Source of the DNA: Bacteroidales bacterium
GTDB lineage: Bacteria; Bacteroidota; Bacteroidia; Bacteroidales; UBA12077
Length of the DNA stretch: 64,000 nucleotides
Direction of reading: 5' to 3'
Assembly: GCA_028282585.1 (NCBI GenBank)
Contig: JANQHR010000149.1
Coordinates: 1-64,000, forward strand
Of the stretch, positions 10,014 to 21,207 are shown piece after piece. The notes under the pieces were generated by a model that made no database searches, was not told the DNA's origin, and saw nothing but the letters and a program-made list of their open reading frames with translations. The position numbers and the translations under genes were made by a program. Each line of letters begins with the position of its first letter. Position 1 is the first letter of the stretch.

Positions 10014-11204
10014 TTAACTTTTTCCTTCCACATCATTATCTTTCTTCTTTGCGGGTTTTTGTTTTTGATCATCACTATTATGAATCTCCACCAAAGTACC
10101 CTCAAGCACATTGATCAACGGTTGCATCACCAGCATTTGACCTTCTTCCAAACCATTGAATATTAACGTTTTTTCATTTAATTTAATGATGTTGATTTGT
10201 CTTTTATGCAATCTTCCTTCGTTTACAATAAATACTTCGTTGGTATTAAATACCACATTTCTGGGAATTTCCATTACATTTTCAACCGGATGACCTGGAA
10301 AAGTAGCTTTTAAAAACTCTCCAGCCAATAATGGTTTACTCTTATTATTCTTAACCTGAATAAAGATATTTTGAGATTGAGTAGCAGGATCAACAAATTG
10401 ACTTTTGCGAGCAACTCTACCTTCCCAGTCTAATGATCGAGTATCAGAATGAACTATAACTTTATCTCCAATTTTTACCCACTCTGCATCGAAACGATCT
10501 AATGGAACTTCCAATTCCAAAATATCAGTTTTGATAGCATGAGCAACTTTTCCTCCTGCATTTGTATAAGCTCCAGCTTCTAAATAAACTTCGGAATACG
10601 TTCCATTAAACGGAGCATAAATCGTACGACGGTTCAATTGAAGTTCATCTTTTAAAATTTCGAAATACTCACTTAAAACATTTTTACTTGCCAAAAATAT
10701 TTCCAGTTTTTCATTCTCTACTATCGGGAATTTTGGCAGTTTCTTTTCTACATTTATCGTATTAAAGAAATTTCTAAACTGAGATTCATACTCGGGATAA
10801 TCAATCCTAATATCCGGTAATAAATTAGCTATAGTATTTAAATATTGACTTTTTCTTGACTGAAGAGCTAATTTTGCTTCATCAGGATATATAGTAAATA
10901 AAATGTCTCCTTTTAAAAATTCACTACCTAACTTTAATGGAACTTGCGAAACCAAAATTTTACCTGATGCTTCAGCCATAATATCAACCTGAGCAGTCGA
11001 TACAACTCTTCCCGGTGCCTTTACCGGTGCCATTACGGTTTTGTATTTGATCTCTTCAGCTTTAACAAATCTTTTTGCAACAACAGGTGGACGACGAAAC
11101 GGTTCATCTTTTAGTGCTTTTAGGTATTCCATTAGACCATATGCTAAACCCACAATAAAAATAAAGGCAGCTACAATGACTATTCTTCTGTCAATTTTTT
11201 TCAT
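10014..11204 (-). CDS. RND periplasmic adaptor subunit
   Basis: N-terminal anchor, IYAPFNG hairpin/lipoyl motif, position in the operon. Confidence 0.88.
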   Translation of the reverse strand: MKKIDRRIVIVAAFIFIVGLAYGLMEYLKALKDEPFRRPPVVAKRFVKAEEIKYKTVMAPVKAPGRVVSTAQVDIMAEASGKILVSQVPLKLGSEFLKGDILFTIYPDEAKLALQSRKSQYLNTIANLLPDIRIDYPEYESQFRNFFNTINVEKKLPKFPIVENEKLEIFLASKNVLSEYFEILKDELQLNRRTIYAPFNGTYSEVYLEAGAYTNAGGKVAHAIKTDILELEVPLDRFDAEWVKIGDKVIVHSDTRSLDWEGRVARKSQFVDPATQSQNIFIQVKNNKSKPLLAGEFLKATFPGHPVENVMEIPRNVVFNTNEVFIVNEGRLHKRQINIIKLNEKTLIFNGLEEGQMLVMQPLINVLEGTLVEIHNSDDQKQKPAKKKDNDVEGKS

Positions 11205-11337
11205 TATTTTAATATCTTGTTTATATGTTAAATCCCTAATCCCTAACCTAAGACAATTGTTTGGAAATAAAGTTTAAAGAATACTTTGTTTTATAACAAA
11301 GTTTAAAAAAAGAATCCTGGAATTAATGATTGTATAC

Positions 11338-11367
11338 AAAAAAAGGAAGGCTATGAAACCTTCCTTT
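11338..11367 (-). terminator. Intrinsic terminator of the TBDR-M16 operon
   Basis: AAAGGAAGG-N8-CCTTCCTTT stem with a U-tract on the minus strand. Confidence 0.7.
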
Positions 11368-11383
11368 AACCCTAAAAAATTAT

Positions 11384-12841
11384 CTATTTCTTAAAAACTA
11401 ACGCTTTCCCTTCTTCATCCAAATAAGTTACTTCGCCAAATCGTTCCAAAGTGCCCTCCAGTTCACTTGCTTTTCCTTCTACAACAATTATACACTCAAA
11501 AGGATTTACATATTTCTCTGCCATTTCACGAATATCCTTTTTTGTAATTTCGTAATATTTCGAAACTTTGTTTTGCAAATAATCGTCTGGTAAATCATAT
11601 AATTCCTTTATCATTGCAAATGAAATATATGGAACTGGAGCTATTCCGCTAAGAGAGCGCGTAAACTCACCAATTAAACTACTTTTAGCAATTTTTAGGT
11701 CCTGATCTGAAACGTCGTAATTTCTGATTCGAAGCATCTCCAAAATAACATTTTCGATTGCGTATGCGGTTTGATCTGTACGTACCTGTGTCATTATGGA
11801 AGCTCTACCTCCATTATCATCAGGCGTGATACTTGATCTTATGAAATAGCATAAACCTTTATCTACTCGAACATTTTTATATAAGTATGACAACTGGCTT
11901 TCTCCTAATATCTCATTTAAAACCTCAATCTTTACACTATTTTCATCGTATGTATGTGCATCTTTTAAAACCCATTGCAAACTTAATTTAGATTGAACGG
12001 CGTTAGGTTTATCCAGAACTATAATTTTACGATTTTTAATAGCTGGCTCTCGCGTTTTAATATCTCTCTTTCTTGCAAAAGGTTCTCCTTGCTGCCAATT
12101 ACCGAAATATTTATCCATTAGCTTTTTGGTTTCCTTTTCAGTAAAGTCACCAATTATAACTACAACAGAATTGTTGGCTACTATTCTTTTTTGAATAAAA
12201 TCTTCTACTTCATCAATTCCAATATTATCATAGTTTAGAATTATTTCTTCCTTTTTCTCTTGTTCCTGTCTTTTACCATACAATAGCGAATCTATTAATC
12301 TCTCTTTAGCAAATGATTTGTTACTAAAAACACTATTCGTTGATGTTTTCTTTTTTTCCAAAGACTTTTCGTAATCTTCCGCCTTTTCCTTTATGTATTC
12401 TTTCTTTAATACAGGGTTTTGAAGTAAATCATAATACATATCCAGCAAAGTTTCAATATCCCTGTTCATACCTTTTATTGTACCTCCATGAGCAGTTACA
12501 GACATCATTGCACCTTTTAGTTTTACCAGGGAATCTATCTCACCGTTTGGGTATTTTTCGGATAACTTTGAATAATATGCTTTTTCCAAAATTCCTTTTT
12601 CCTCTTGTCTTTCATCCTCATCAAAGCCTAACTGTTCTATGTTTATAGAAATTGTAAATTTTGGATATTTTTTTATTGGAGCCAGGTAAACCTGCAAATT
12701 ATTATCCATTTTAATCGGAATTAATACCCCAACATTTAATTTTTCAGGATTATTTGGGGCAGGTGCTTGTGTTCTATCAACTTGTGCATTCACCTTGGCA
12801 ACCGTGAACAATATAATTAATGATAATATAATATTTCTCAT
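11384..12841 (-). CDS. M16 peptidase, non-catalytic subunit (exported)
   Basis: Signal peptide, no HXXEH, RVDKGLCY R/Y motif, adjacent to a catalytic M16. Confidence 0.85.
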   Translation of the reverse strand: MRNIILSLIILFTVAKVNAQVDRTQAPAPNNPEKLNVGVLIPIKMDNNLQVYLAPIKKYPKFTISINIEQLGFDEDERQEEKGILEKAYYSKLSEKYPNGEIDSLVKLKGAMMSVTAHGGTIKGMNRDIETLLDMYYDLLQNPVLKKEYIKEKAEDYEKSLEKKKTSTNSVFSNKSFAKERLIDSLLYGKRQEQEKKEEIILNYDNIGIDEVEDFIQKRIVANNSVVVIIGDFTEKETKKLMDKYFGNWQQGEPFARKRDIKTREPAIKNRKIIVLDKPNAVQSKLSLQWVLKDAHTYDENSVKIEVLNEILGESQLSYLYKNVRVDKGLCYFIRSSITPDDNGGRASIMTQVRTDQTAYAIENVILEMLRIRNYDVSDQDLKIAKSSLIGEFTRSLSGIAPVPYISFAMIKELYDLPDDYLQNKVSKYYEITKKDIREMAEKYVNPFECIIVVEGKASELEGTLERFGEVTYLDEEGKALVFKK

Positions 12842-12847
12842 GACAAT

Positions 12848-14167
12848 CTATTTTTCAGGATGATAAATAATAGTTACCCGATTATCTTTATTAAAGTATT
12901 TTTTTGCAACGCGTTGAATATCTTCGCTAGTTACACTGGTATAGTGCTCAATTACATTATTAAATTCGCTTGCATCTCCCCAGAAGTGGTAAAATTTGGT
13001 AACTTGATCGGCTAAAGATTCAGCATGAAAATAAAAATCGGTATAATTCACTTCAAAAGCATTTAAAACTTGCTGCAATACATAATCGTCTACAGGTTCA
13101 TTTTTTAATCGTTCCAATTGTTCTTCCACTTTTGAGATTAAATGTTGCTCCTGATTTTCAACGTTGAGTTTTCCTTTTATTCTAAAAGCTCCAACTTTTT
13201 CCCAGAGTTCGGTTGTTGCCGAAACATGATTAATTATTGTATCGCTATCGACTAAAACATCCTTGTCAAAATAAGAATATGAATTATCTCCCGATAAAAT
13301 TGCTGCAATTACATTCATTACGTAAGAATCTTCATGTGTTTCAGGCATTGCATAGTAACATAACGCAACAGCGGTTTCTTTTAATCCTTTTTCTGTTTTC
13401 TCTATAATTTTTTCTTTTCCGGATGGTGTTCCAAAATTGGTTGGTCTTTTAATTTCTTTACCTTTAGGAATATCTTTAAAATAATAATCAATCCACTTTT
13501 TAGTTTCAGGAATATTTACGTTACCAGCTACAACTAAACATGCGTTATTAGGTACATAATATTTTTTAAAGAAGGCATCAAAATCTTTTATTGATGAAGC
13601 ATCTAAGTCGGCCATAGAACCAATCATATTATGTCCGTATGTTTCGTATGTAAACATGGCGCCCATCATATCATAATATGCATTACCCAGAGGTTTATTA
13701 TCGTAACGCATACGTTTTTCTTCTTTTACAATTTCTCGTTCGCGATCTATGCCTTCCTCCGTAATTACCGGGTGCAACATTCTTTCCGATTCAACCCATA
13801 AGCCTAATTTAAACTCATGAGCCGGTAAAAGCTGATAGTAGTAAGTCACATCATAATTTGTATATGCGTTGCAATATCCACCTGCATTCATTACTGTATT
13901 TTCGAATTCACCTTGTGGTATATTTTTAGTACCGTGAAAAAGTAAATGCTCGTAAAAATGTGCAAATCCTGTCCGATCTGCTTCTTCGTTTTTGGAACCA
14001 ACATGATATTTAGTTCCGACAACAACATTAGGTTCATTTACATCGTGATAAATAATTACGTGTAAACCATTGTCTAGATAGTACTCCACGAATTCTGCCA
14101 TTGGCTTCTTCCTAGCAAACAGAATTGATGGAACTATTAATAAAATCATCAATATAAACTTCTTCAT
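12848..14167 (-). CDS. M16 zinc peptidase, catalytic subunit (exported)
   Basis: YHVGSKNE..TGFAHFYEHLLF (HXXEH), NAYT; signal peptide from ATG 14167. Confidence 0.93.
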   Translation of the reverse strand: MKKFILMILLIVPSILFARKKPMAEFVEYYLDNGLHVIIYHDVNEPNVVVGTKYHVGSKNEEADRTGFAHFYEHLLFHGTKNIPQGEFENTVMNAGGYCNAYTNYDVTYYYQLLPAHEFKLGLWVESERMLHPVITEEGIDREREIVKEEKRMRYDNKPLGNAYYDMMGAMFTYETYGHNMIGSMADLDASSIKDFDAFFKKYYVPNNACLVVAGNVNIPETKKWIDYYFKDIPKGKEIKRPTNFGTPSGKEKIIEKTEKGLKETAVALCYYAMPETHEDSYVMNVIAAILSGDNSYSYFDKDVLVDSDTIINHVSATTELWEKVGAFRIKGKLNVENQEQHLISKVEEQLERLKNEPVDDYVLQQVLNAFEVNYTDFYFHAESLADQVTKFYHFWGDASEFNNVIEHYTSVTSEDIQRVAKKYFNKDNRVTIIYHPEK

Positions 14168-14287
14168 ACTCCTTATTTTTAATAAAGCTATCACTCTAAA
14201 ACACATTTTATCCTTAATTTCAACCCATCATCAAACCAAAGAAAGCAATAACTAATTTTATAAACTTAATTATACTATAATCTATTA

Positions 14288-15244
14288 TTAATCATATGTT
14301 GTAGGCATTGTTTGTGGAATCATAATGTTAAAATCGGCTGCATTTTCTTCTTCAGGTAGTTCTAAATTATTTTCAACATCCCAGGTATGAATTGTAACAA
14401 TGTTAACTTCCGGGTTATAGTATTTCAAATAATAATAGATACTATCGTAGAATTTCGAATGGTACGTACCATTGTAGTGTAAAAAATATTGACCTTTTTC
14501 CCAATTTTGTAAAATTCTATATGCCATAGTTGCATCCTTTATTGCCTGTGCTTTTACCAGATTTGAACCTTTGTAAGCCATCATAGCTGATGCAGCCCCT
14601 GCATTTTTATTATGAGCAGTATCGTCCGGGCCAAAAACGCTTAGCATATTAGCGTAAGCAGGCTGAGTTAGATCAAAATGTACCGGCATAGGAGGTAAGT
14701 ACTGGTATGCTGCTTCAGGTAAACTATCTAAATATTCAACACCCTTTTTATAAACAACTTTTGCATAACGACGAGGTATATTGGTACAAACAAATTTTAG
14801 ATCGTTACGAAGTGCAATTCCCAACAAAGGTTTATAATCTCTGAAGTTTGGCCAATTTTTTGCACTTTCGACATAAGCCTTTTTATCAACAAGTTTATGG
14901 ATCATAAATTCATCCATTAGCAACTGCTGATCCGCTTCCCACATTTCACCACCCAACACAAGATTTGATCCTTTCTCCTTTAACATCTGCTCAGTAACCA
15001 TCTTCTTTAACCAGTGCGAAATAGGATCATCATGCATTTCACCGAATAAGCAAATATCATGCTTATAAAGTTCTTCCATCATTTCTGAGAAAGTAACTTT
15101 CTCTCCTTCAGAATTATAAATTACGTATGCAGGTAAATCGCTTGTGTATGTTTTCTGTTCATCTTTATTCTTTTTTCTTTTTTGTGCAAAAGATGTATTA
15201 ACTAATAATAATGATATAAGAATTATACTTGTTAGTTTTTTCAT
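14288..15244 (-). CDS. ChaN family heme/iron-associated exported protein
   Basis: LFGEMHDDPISH, EMWE, DYKPL, TNIPRRYA, AQAIKDATMA, HYNGTYHS. Confidence 0.85.
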   Translation of the reverse strand: MKKLTSIILISLLLVNTSFAQKRKKNKDEQKTYTSDLPAYVIYNSEGEKVTFSEMMEELYKHDICLFGEMHDDPISHWLKKMVTEQMLKEKGSNLVLGGEMWEADQQLLMDEFMIHKLVDKKAYVESAKNWPNFRDYKPLLGIALRNDLKFVCTNIPRRYAKVVYKKGVEYLDSLPEAAYQYLPPMPVHFDLTQPAYANMLSVFGPDDTAHNKNAGAASAMMAYKGSNLVKAQAIKDATMAYRILQNWEKGQYFLHYNGTYHSKFYDSIYYYLKYYNPEVNIVTIHTWDVENNLELPEEENAADFNIMIPQTMPTTYD

Positions 15245-15256
15245 TTTATATAATTT

Positions 15257-16831
15257 TTAAAAGTAAAAGTTTAGACTTGCTTCCCAGAAATATCGGTACT
15301 TCTTATCGGTAATTATCGAATATTGATTTATAAATTTTACATCGGTCGGAGTTAAGTAACGGTATTTAACAAGCAGCTCGGTTCCCAGTTTCTGTGATTG
15401 CTTAAACCATTTTATTTCGCCCCCGATTGTATAATAGTTTGTCGCGTGATATGCAACTTCATTATGTGCAAAAATTTCCGTGTATCTTCTTTGAGCTGCC
15501 GCTACAACATCGTGCTTGTAGGACAGATTATACTTATAGCTTCCTTCAATATTGAAAGCTAATTTGTTACTGGTATTCAATTTAAAAGAATAACCGGTTC
15601 TAATATTTGTTGTTAAGTTAGTATAGTCAATTTGATTGGCATACAACATTCCTTTTTTGCTCACATTTTCATAATCCAATGTCAGTTTGCTTAAATTAAA
15701 GAATTTCAAATTTGGCCTCAACAGTTGAGAAGATGCCTTTATATTTATACCATCGTATATATAAGTTTTTTCGTAAAACCCTCTATATCTATAACCTGTT
15801 CCACTTATATATTTTACACTTAGAAAATTAAATATTTTATAATTTGATTTATCAATTAAATAAGAACTTAATATATCATGGCTTAAATATTCGTATTTAT
15901 ATAGTTCTTTATGAGTTTTATATATAGAATCGACTGGTTCTTTATGGATTTTATTTTCCCATGATTCATCGCCAATATAAGCAGAATAAGAAATAGAAAG
16001 TTTATTTTTATTCCCCGTAAAATAACTAATATAATATTTTGGATTTTGATTTTTTAAAATATATACCTTACTTAAGTCTTCAATTTGATTAAAATCGCCT
16101 AATCCTTCATTAAAATATAAATTATATTTTTCCGAATCAGGACCGGTTGAATAAAATTCGTTCGTAAATTGTGGAGACCCTTTCTTATAAAAATAGGATA
16201 CTCCTATAGCTATATAATTATTTTGTCCAAATAAATAACTTATAGCTCCTGTTAATTCTGTAGTTATATTATAAAACTCATTACGTGTATCGCGCATACG
16301 GAAATATAAATCTCCCCGATATCTTACCCCTGCAGCTAAAGAAATTTTATCTCCAATACGTTTATTCATTAAACCATTTAAGCCATAATGCTTAACATTA
16401 AAGTCTCCCGTTCTTTCTGTTATTAATCGGAACGGATTTCCTATTTCAGATTTTTGATACCCTAAATTCCAATCAGCTTTTTCATGATCGGATATATTAA
16501 AAGTAAAATTCCCGTAAAATCTCCATCCTGTTTCTTCAAAAGATTGAACTGATTCGCTTTTAAAAGAAAATTGCTCATTTTTATCAAATTCATCGATCAA
16601 CTTAAAACTGCCCTCGTCTATTCCTCCTTTTACAAATATTGCCGAATAATCGCCATTATCCCATAATCCGATATTAGAAGGTAAGAATTTGTATACATCA
16701 AGTTGTTCTTTCAAATAAAACTCTCTGTTTGGATTATGAACTAATGATAATCTAACGTTTGTTGTATCTGAAGCCTTATTTAAACCAACAATACTCTGTA
16801 CAAAAAATAATATGAGCAAAAATCTTTTCAT
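15257..16831 (-). CDS. Outer membrane beta-barrel (DUF6850-like)
   Basis: Signal peptide, alternating aromatic strands, C-terminal F, follows a DUF4876-like gene. Confidence 0.65.
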   Translation of the reverse strand: MKRFLLILFFVQSIVGLNKASDTTNVRLSLVHNPNREFYLKEQLDVYKFLPSNIGLWDNGDYSAIFVKGGIDEGSFKLIDEFDKNEQFSFKSESVQSFEETGWRFYGNFTFNISDHEKADWNLGYQKSEIGNPFRLITERTGDFNVKHYGLNGLMNKRIGDKISLAAGVRYRGDLYFRMRDTRNEFYNITTELTGAISYLFGQNNYIAIGVSYFYKKGSPQFTNEFYSTGPDSEKYNLYFNEGLGDFNQIEDLSKVYILKNQNPKYYISYFTGNKNKLSISYSAYIGDESWENKIHKEPVDSIYKTHKELYKYEYLSHDILSSYLIDKSNYKIFNFLSVKYISGTGYRYRGFYEKTYIYDGINIKASSQLLRPNLKFFNLSKLTLDYENVSKKGMLYANQIDYTNLTTNIRTGYSFKLNTSNKLAFNIEGSYKYNLSYKHDVVAAAQRRYTEIFAHNEVAYHATNYYTIGGEIKWFKQSQKLGTELLVKYRYLTPTDVKFINQYSIITDKKYRYFWEASLNFYF

Positions 16832-16848
16832 ATTTAAAAATTTAAGGA

Positions 16849-16873
16849 AGGTTGCCTTTCAATAAGGCAACCT
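16849..16873. terminator. Intra-operon stem-loop
   Basis: AGGTTGCCTT-TCAAT-AAGGCAACCT perfect 10-bp stem. Confidence 0.6.
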
Positions 16874-16882
16874 AATTTAATT

Positions 16883-18115
16883 TTATAATTCACCTGGAGT
16901 AGGTACATCTATAATTTCAAGATCATTTGTACTATTGTTAGTATCTTTTAGAATTACTCTTCCATCTCCTAATGTCTTTTCAGCTTTTCTTTTTACACTT
17001 TTACCGGTAAAAAAACCACCTACATAATTAAATCCAGCATCTACAGAGTTTGGTAGTCTTTTAAAATCGCCCGATTCTGCATTTAACATCAAATCAACAC
17101 CATCTAAAATATCATCTACATCAATTTCTGCATACATATCATATATCTCAACCGGAGTTTCTGCCGCAGGATCTGTAATTTCTGTTATGGTAAAAGCATC
17201 GTTTCTGAAAATAACGATAGTGGGAGCACTTGGATCAATTATATACCATCCAAATTCTTGATTTAAATATATACATTCCATATTTGGAACATCAATGTTA
17301 TTAACATCATCAAAACTTCCTTGTCTTCCTAAAGATTCCATCCAGGCAGTAGCATAAGTCTCTAGTTCTGCTACAGAAAGGTCAGGATTTGTAGATGTTC
17401 CTCCATTACTGTAATCAACAGCATTTAATGCAATTAAGATTGTTTCTCCGGGTTGAACAGGGAATTCACTACCGCTTCCAGGAACTTTCATAATCTTTTG
17501 TGCATAAACCGTCTCAGTTAAGTCTAAAGCCAAAGGCACATCACTAACATCTGCACCGTGTCTTTGCGGCGCTAACATAGCTACATACAAACCATCGGCA
17601 TAAACAACTTCAGATGAGTTATTGTAAAGTTCAATAAACTGACTTTTGTAAATTAAGAAATCCACCATTGTGCCATTGAAGTACAGCTCACTGATTACTA
17701 AACTACTTGATGGTTTACCATCAAGAACAATATCAACATCATGGTCAAAACCACCTAATAATTCTACATTATTTTCAACCGCATTTAAGGTCATTTCTTC
17801 GTAATAACCTGAGGCTGCTCCTGCTTCTTCTGCAGTTAGTGCCATAGTAGCAGATACATTATAAGTACCCGGAGCTACATCTAAAAACGTAGCTATGCCA
17901 CTTGCATCAGTTAATGCAGAATCAACACCTTCATCAATAGTATTCGTAATGTAAACATACATATCAACAACCGACAATCCGGTAAATGTACTGGCAGTTT
18001 TTACTGTTACGCTAAGATTTGCTAGTTCAACTTCATCATCGTCGCATGCAACAAAACTTATTGTCATAATTGCAGCTAATGCTAATGTAAAAATTAATTT
18101 AAATTTGTTTTTCAT
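16883..18115 (-). CDS. Surface lipoprotein (DUF4876-like)
   Basis: Lipobox FVAC-DDDE with acidic export signal, LVISELYF, QFIELYNNS..YADGL, DTNNSTND. Confidence 0.8.
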   Translation of the reverse strand: MKNKFKLIFTLALAAIMTISFVACDDDEVELANLSVTVKTASTFTGLSVVDMYVYITNTIDEGVDSALTDASGIATFLDVAPGTYNVSATMALTAEEAGAASGYYEEMTLNAVENNVELLGGFDHDVDIVLDGKPSSSLVISELYFNGTMVDFLIYKSQFIELYNNSSEVVYADGLYVAMLAPQRHGADVSDVPLALDLTETVYAQKIMKVPGSGSEFPVQPGETILIALNAVDYSNGGTSTNPDLSVAELETYATAWMESLGRQGSFDDVNNIDVPNMECIYLNQEFGWYIIDPSAPTIVIFRNDAFTITEITDPAAETPVEIYDMYAEIDVDDILDGVDLMLNAESGDFKRLPNSVDAGFNYVGGFFTGKSVKRKAEKTLGDGRVILKDTNNSTNDLEIIDVPTPGEL

Positions 18116-18151
18116 AGTAATTGGGTTTAGTTAAACTTTATTTAGTTATTG

Positions 18152-20779
18152 TTATAATTTAAAATTGAATCCAATCCCAAAAGTTACTCTGGAGTTTAAA
18201 TAACCTATAGATCTTCTTCCGCTACTATCTTCTAAGCCCTCATAAGTTGGGTTATACCATAAAAAATTGTTGGCATAAAAAGAAAAATTGTGTCCTTGCT
18301 TGGTCTCTTTTCTTATTTGTATATGAAAATTAAAATATGTTGGAGGTATTGATCTTTTATAATAATCACTTGATCGTTCCATATTGGCGTATTCTTCGGA
18401 TCTTTTTTCGTCTTCAGAAAGTTCAATAAATGTTCCATCGACGTTATAGTAACCTATTGGATAAGGACTTGGATAAGAAACGATCTCTTCTTTTTGCAAC
18501 CAGTTTATTTCGGTACGCAACGTTACCATCAGTTTAATTTGTGGAATATGCTGAGCAATGGTTATATTTGACCGACAAATATATTTTTCATAAGCTGGTC
18601 GCTCGTACAAACCATACCTCAGTGCCCGACTAGATTTCCATAAATCATGCCGTTCATTTTTCTCATAGGTTTTTAAATAACTTCCTGATAAACTTATTGT
18701 CGTATTTGTAGCTTTTATTTTTGGAAACTGTGCTGATAATTCCACACCTGTAGTTCTTAATCGTACCGCATTTTCATAATTACTAAATTCTTTGTTTACT
18801 TTAACTATGCTATCTGTTGGAATCGCTATTAATTCATTTGTACCCGCAATCCCTAAAGTATCCCAAACTTGTTTATCAAAAGTCATCAGTTTACCAATAC
18901 TTGTAATACCATTTTCAATTTCTTTATAGAAACCTGTTACTCTAAGATTAAAACCTTTGTTTTCCCAGTCAAATCCCCCTTCCAGTGTAGTTCCTTTTGA
19001 TGGTTTCAGGTCCTCATGAGTTGGCTGATATATGTGCGTTGTAACAACAGCTAAGCGTCTTAAGTCATCCTCAGCATAAGCATCCAAATTTATCAAATCA
19101 AAATATTTTGGCCCAGGGTAAAGCTGCAACATAGAAGGGGTTCTGTGCGAAACACCATAAGCCAATCTTAATCTTAGCTTCTCAAAATATTTAACAGATA
19201 AAGAAACACGGGGAGATAATAAATGATACCTCTTAAGCATATAATCATACCTTAAGCCAAGCCTAAACAAGTAGTTTGCACTTTCTTTGTCAAGATTTAT
19301 GTCATCCTGCACATACAATGAATAAACTTCGGAAGCAGGTACATTATAAAAGTTTAGATCCCTTGTACCAGCTCCAGCTGCCACTACATTAGTACCTTCT
19401 TCGAGAACCCTGCCTTTCCCAAAATTTTTATCGTATGAAAACTCAAAACCAGAACTGGTATTATGCCTGAAACCAAATGTATTAAATGTCTGTTGTGCTT
19501 CTATTCTACCATTAATATTTACTGGTTCACCAAATGATTCCGATGTTTTATAAAAAACTACCGGGGAATAATCGGTCAAGTAAGTACCTTCTTCAAGCGA
19601 CTCCATTACAATAAAGGGACCGCTATTTATACTACTTTGGTAACCGTACTGATGAGAGTAATTTCCACTTAAAGAATAACTTGTTGTTCCTAATACCTTT
19701 AAACTACCATTGGTGCTAAAACTAACGTTGTGTGTCCTATTTTCAAACTCGCCTTGTACAACTACTTCATCAGGGTCTCTTCTTTGTCCATCAAAACCTA
19801 AACCATACCTTAATGACAAATTATTGTTCCAACTCAAGGATTTTAAGAGTTCTTTTGTCCATCTTAATCCTGAATTGATTCGCTGGTAATAAGTTTTCCT
19901 GGAAACTAATGAAGAATTTGAATAAGTATAATCACCATCTACATTTAAAAAGCTTCCATCTTTTAATTTAAATCCTTTATTAACTCCTAACTGATAAGAA
20001 TTTGGCGTACTATTAAAGCTAAAACTATACGGAGTGTAACCTGCTTTACGATTAATTATAATAGCCCCAGAAGTTATATTTCCATATTTAGCACTTGGAA
20101 CACCTGAGATTACCTCGACCGATTCAATATTCGATGCTGATATTTCTCTTAAATCAATTCCTTTATTTGCTGTTTCAATATTGCCATCAGCCTGCATGTT
20201 GCCATCATTACTTAACTGGTTACCGTCAACAATTACTGCAGTTCCAAATGCATTTAAATCAGTATAATCACCTGCATTTCTTAAATTTGCCTGTGCCATA
20301 CTGTTTAAATTCGACCCTGTAACCTCATTACCTGGTATTAACTGAAGTATATCGCTAACACTTATTGGTTGAACCTGTTGTATAGCGTCACTACCAATTT
20401 TATAAGTTGTACTACCTTCTTTACTTTGGCCAACTTTAGCTGTAACAACAACCTCATCCAACGCCAACGAGGATTCCTCTAAATAAAAATTCCAGTCAAT
20501 TACATCTTGAGTTATCTCAATTTCCTTTTCTATAGGTTGGTATCCTAAAATAGTTACATACAAGGTATATTTTCCAGGTACTATATCTTGTAATATATAT
20601 TGTCCATCTTCGTCAGTAAGATCATATATGGCAGTTCCTTTTAAATTAACTACGGCATAGTATAGAGGATTTTTTTCAGCATCAAAAACCTTTCCGCTAA
20701 ATTGGTATTTTTGAGCATTAGCCGTTAAAGAAAAGATAGTTGTAAAAAATAGTAATAATAAATATTTATAACTTTTCAT
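18152..20779 (-). CDS. TonB-dependent receptor with N-terminal CarboxypepD-like domain
   Basis: LDEVVVTA, GIDLREISASNIESVEVISGVPSAKYG plug, C-terminal FNFKL; start ATG 20779. Confidence 0.92.
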   Translation of the reverse strand: MKSYKYLLLLFFTTIFSLTANAQKYQFSGKVFDAEKNPLYYAVVNLKGTAIYDLTDEDGQYILQDIVPGKYTLYVTILGYQPIEKEIEITQDVIDWNFYLEESSLALDEVVVTAKVGQSKEGSTTYKIGSDAIQQVQPISVSDILQLIPGNEVTGSNLNSMAQANLRNAGDYTDLNAFGTAVIVDGNQLSNDGNMQADGNIETANKGIDLREISASNIESVEVISGVPSAKYGNITSGAIIINRKAGYTPYSFSFNSTPNSYQLGVNKGFKLKDGSFLNVDGDYTYSNSSLVSRKTYYQRINSGLRWTKELLKSLSWNNNLSLRYGLGFDGQRRDPDEVVVQGEFENRTHNVSFSTNGSLKVLGTTSYSLSGNYSHQYGYQSSINSGPFIVMESLEEGTYLTDYSPVVFYKTSESFGEPVNINGRIEAQQTFNTFGFRHNTSSGFEFSYDKNFGKGRVLEEGTNVVAAGAGTRDLNFYNVPASEVYSLYVQDDINLDKESANYLFRLGLRYDYMLKRYHLLSPRVSLSVKYFEKLRLRLAYGVSHRTPSMLQLYPGPKYFDLINLDAYAEDDLRRLAVVTTHIYQPTHEDLKPSKGTTLEGGFDWENKGFNLRVTGFYKEIENGITSIGKLMTFDKQVWDTLGIAGTNELIAIPTDSIVKVNKEFSNYENAVRLRTTGVELSAQFPKIKATNTTISLSGSYLKTYEKNERHDLWKSSRALRYGLYERPAYEKYICRSNITIAQHIPQIKLMVTLRTEINWLQKEEIVSYPSPYPIGYYNVDGTFIELSEDEKRSEEYANMERSSDYYKRSIPPTYFNFHIQIRKETKQGHNFSFYANNFLWYNPTYEGLEDSSGRRSIGYLNSRVTFGIGFNFKL

Positions 20780-20796
20780 TTTTGTTAATTTTGTAT

Positions 20797-20804
20797 CAAA
20801 TCTA
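20797..20804 (-). promoter_or_regulatory. Bacteroidetes -7 promoter element
   Basis: TAGATTTG (TAnnTTTG) 17 nt upstream of the TBDR ATG. Confidence 0.6.
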
Positions 20805-21207
20805 TAGGTTGTGCTAATTGTTTGCAATAGTTGAAGAAACACATATGATGTAATTTTTGGTTCAGTTTTTTTAATTCTTTTCTGATTATCTTTGTTTTAT
20901 ATAATCTTCTGTGAGAAAGTACTTTTTTAAAATGCTGTAATCTTGTTGAGTTTATTTTTTTTCAAAATTTTTATACTCAATTAGATAGAATTTTCAAGTT
21001 TTTATTGATTTGCAAGTTTCCATTACATAAATAGTACATCTTTTATATTTTTCTTCTTTCACATGTTTTTAATTCTAACAAACTATTTTCCAGTTAATTA
21101 TATTGATTCATCCTATATTATAATACTTCATTTCAACAAACACTAGCTTGATGTAATTATTTTACTGTATTAGTTTTGAAATGTTTGTAAATTTTTAACT
21201 TAACGTT

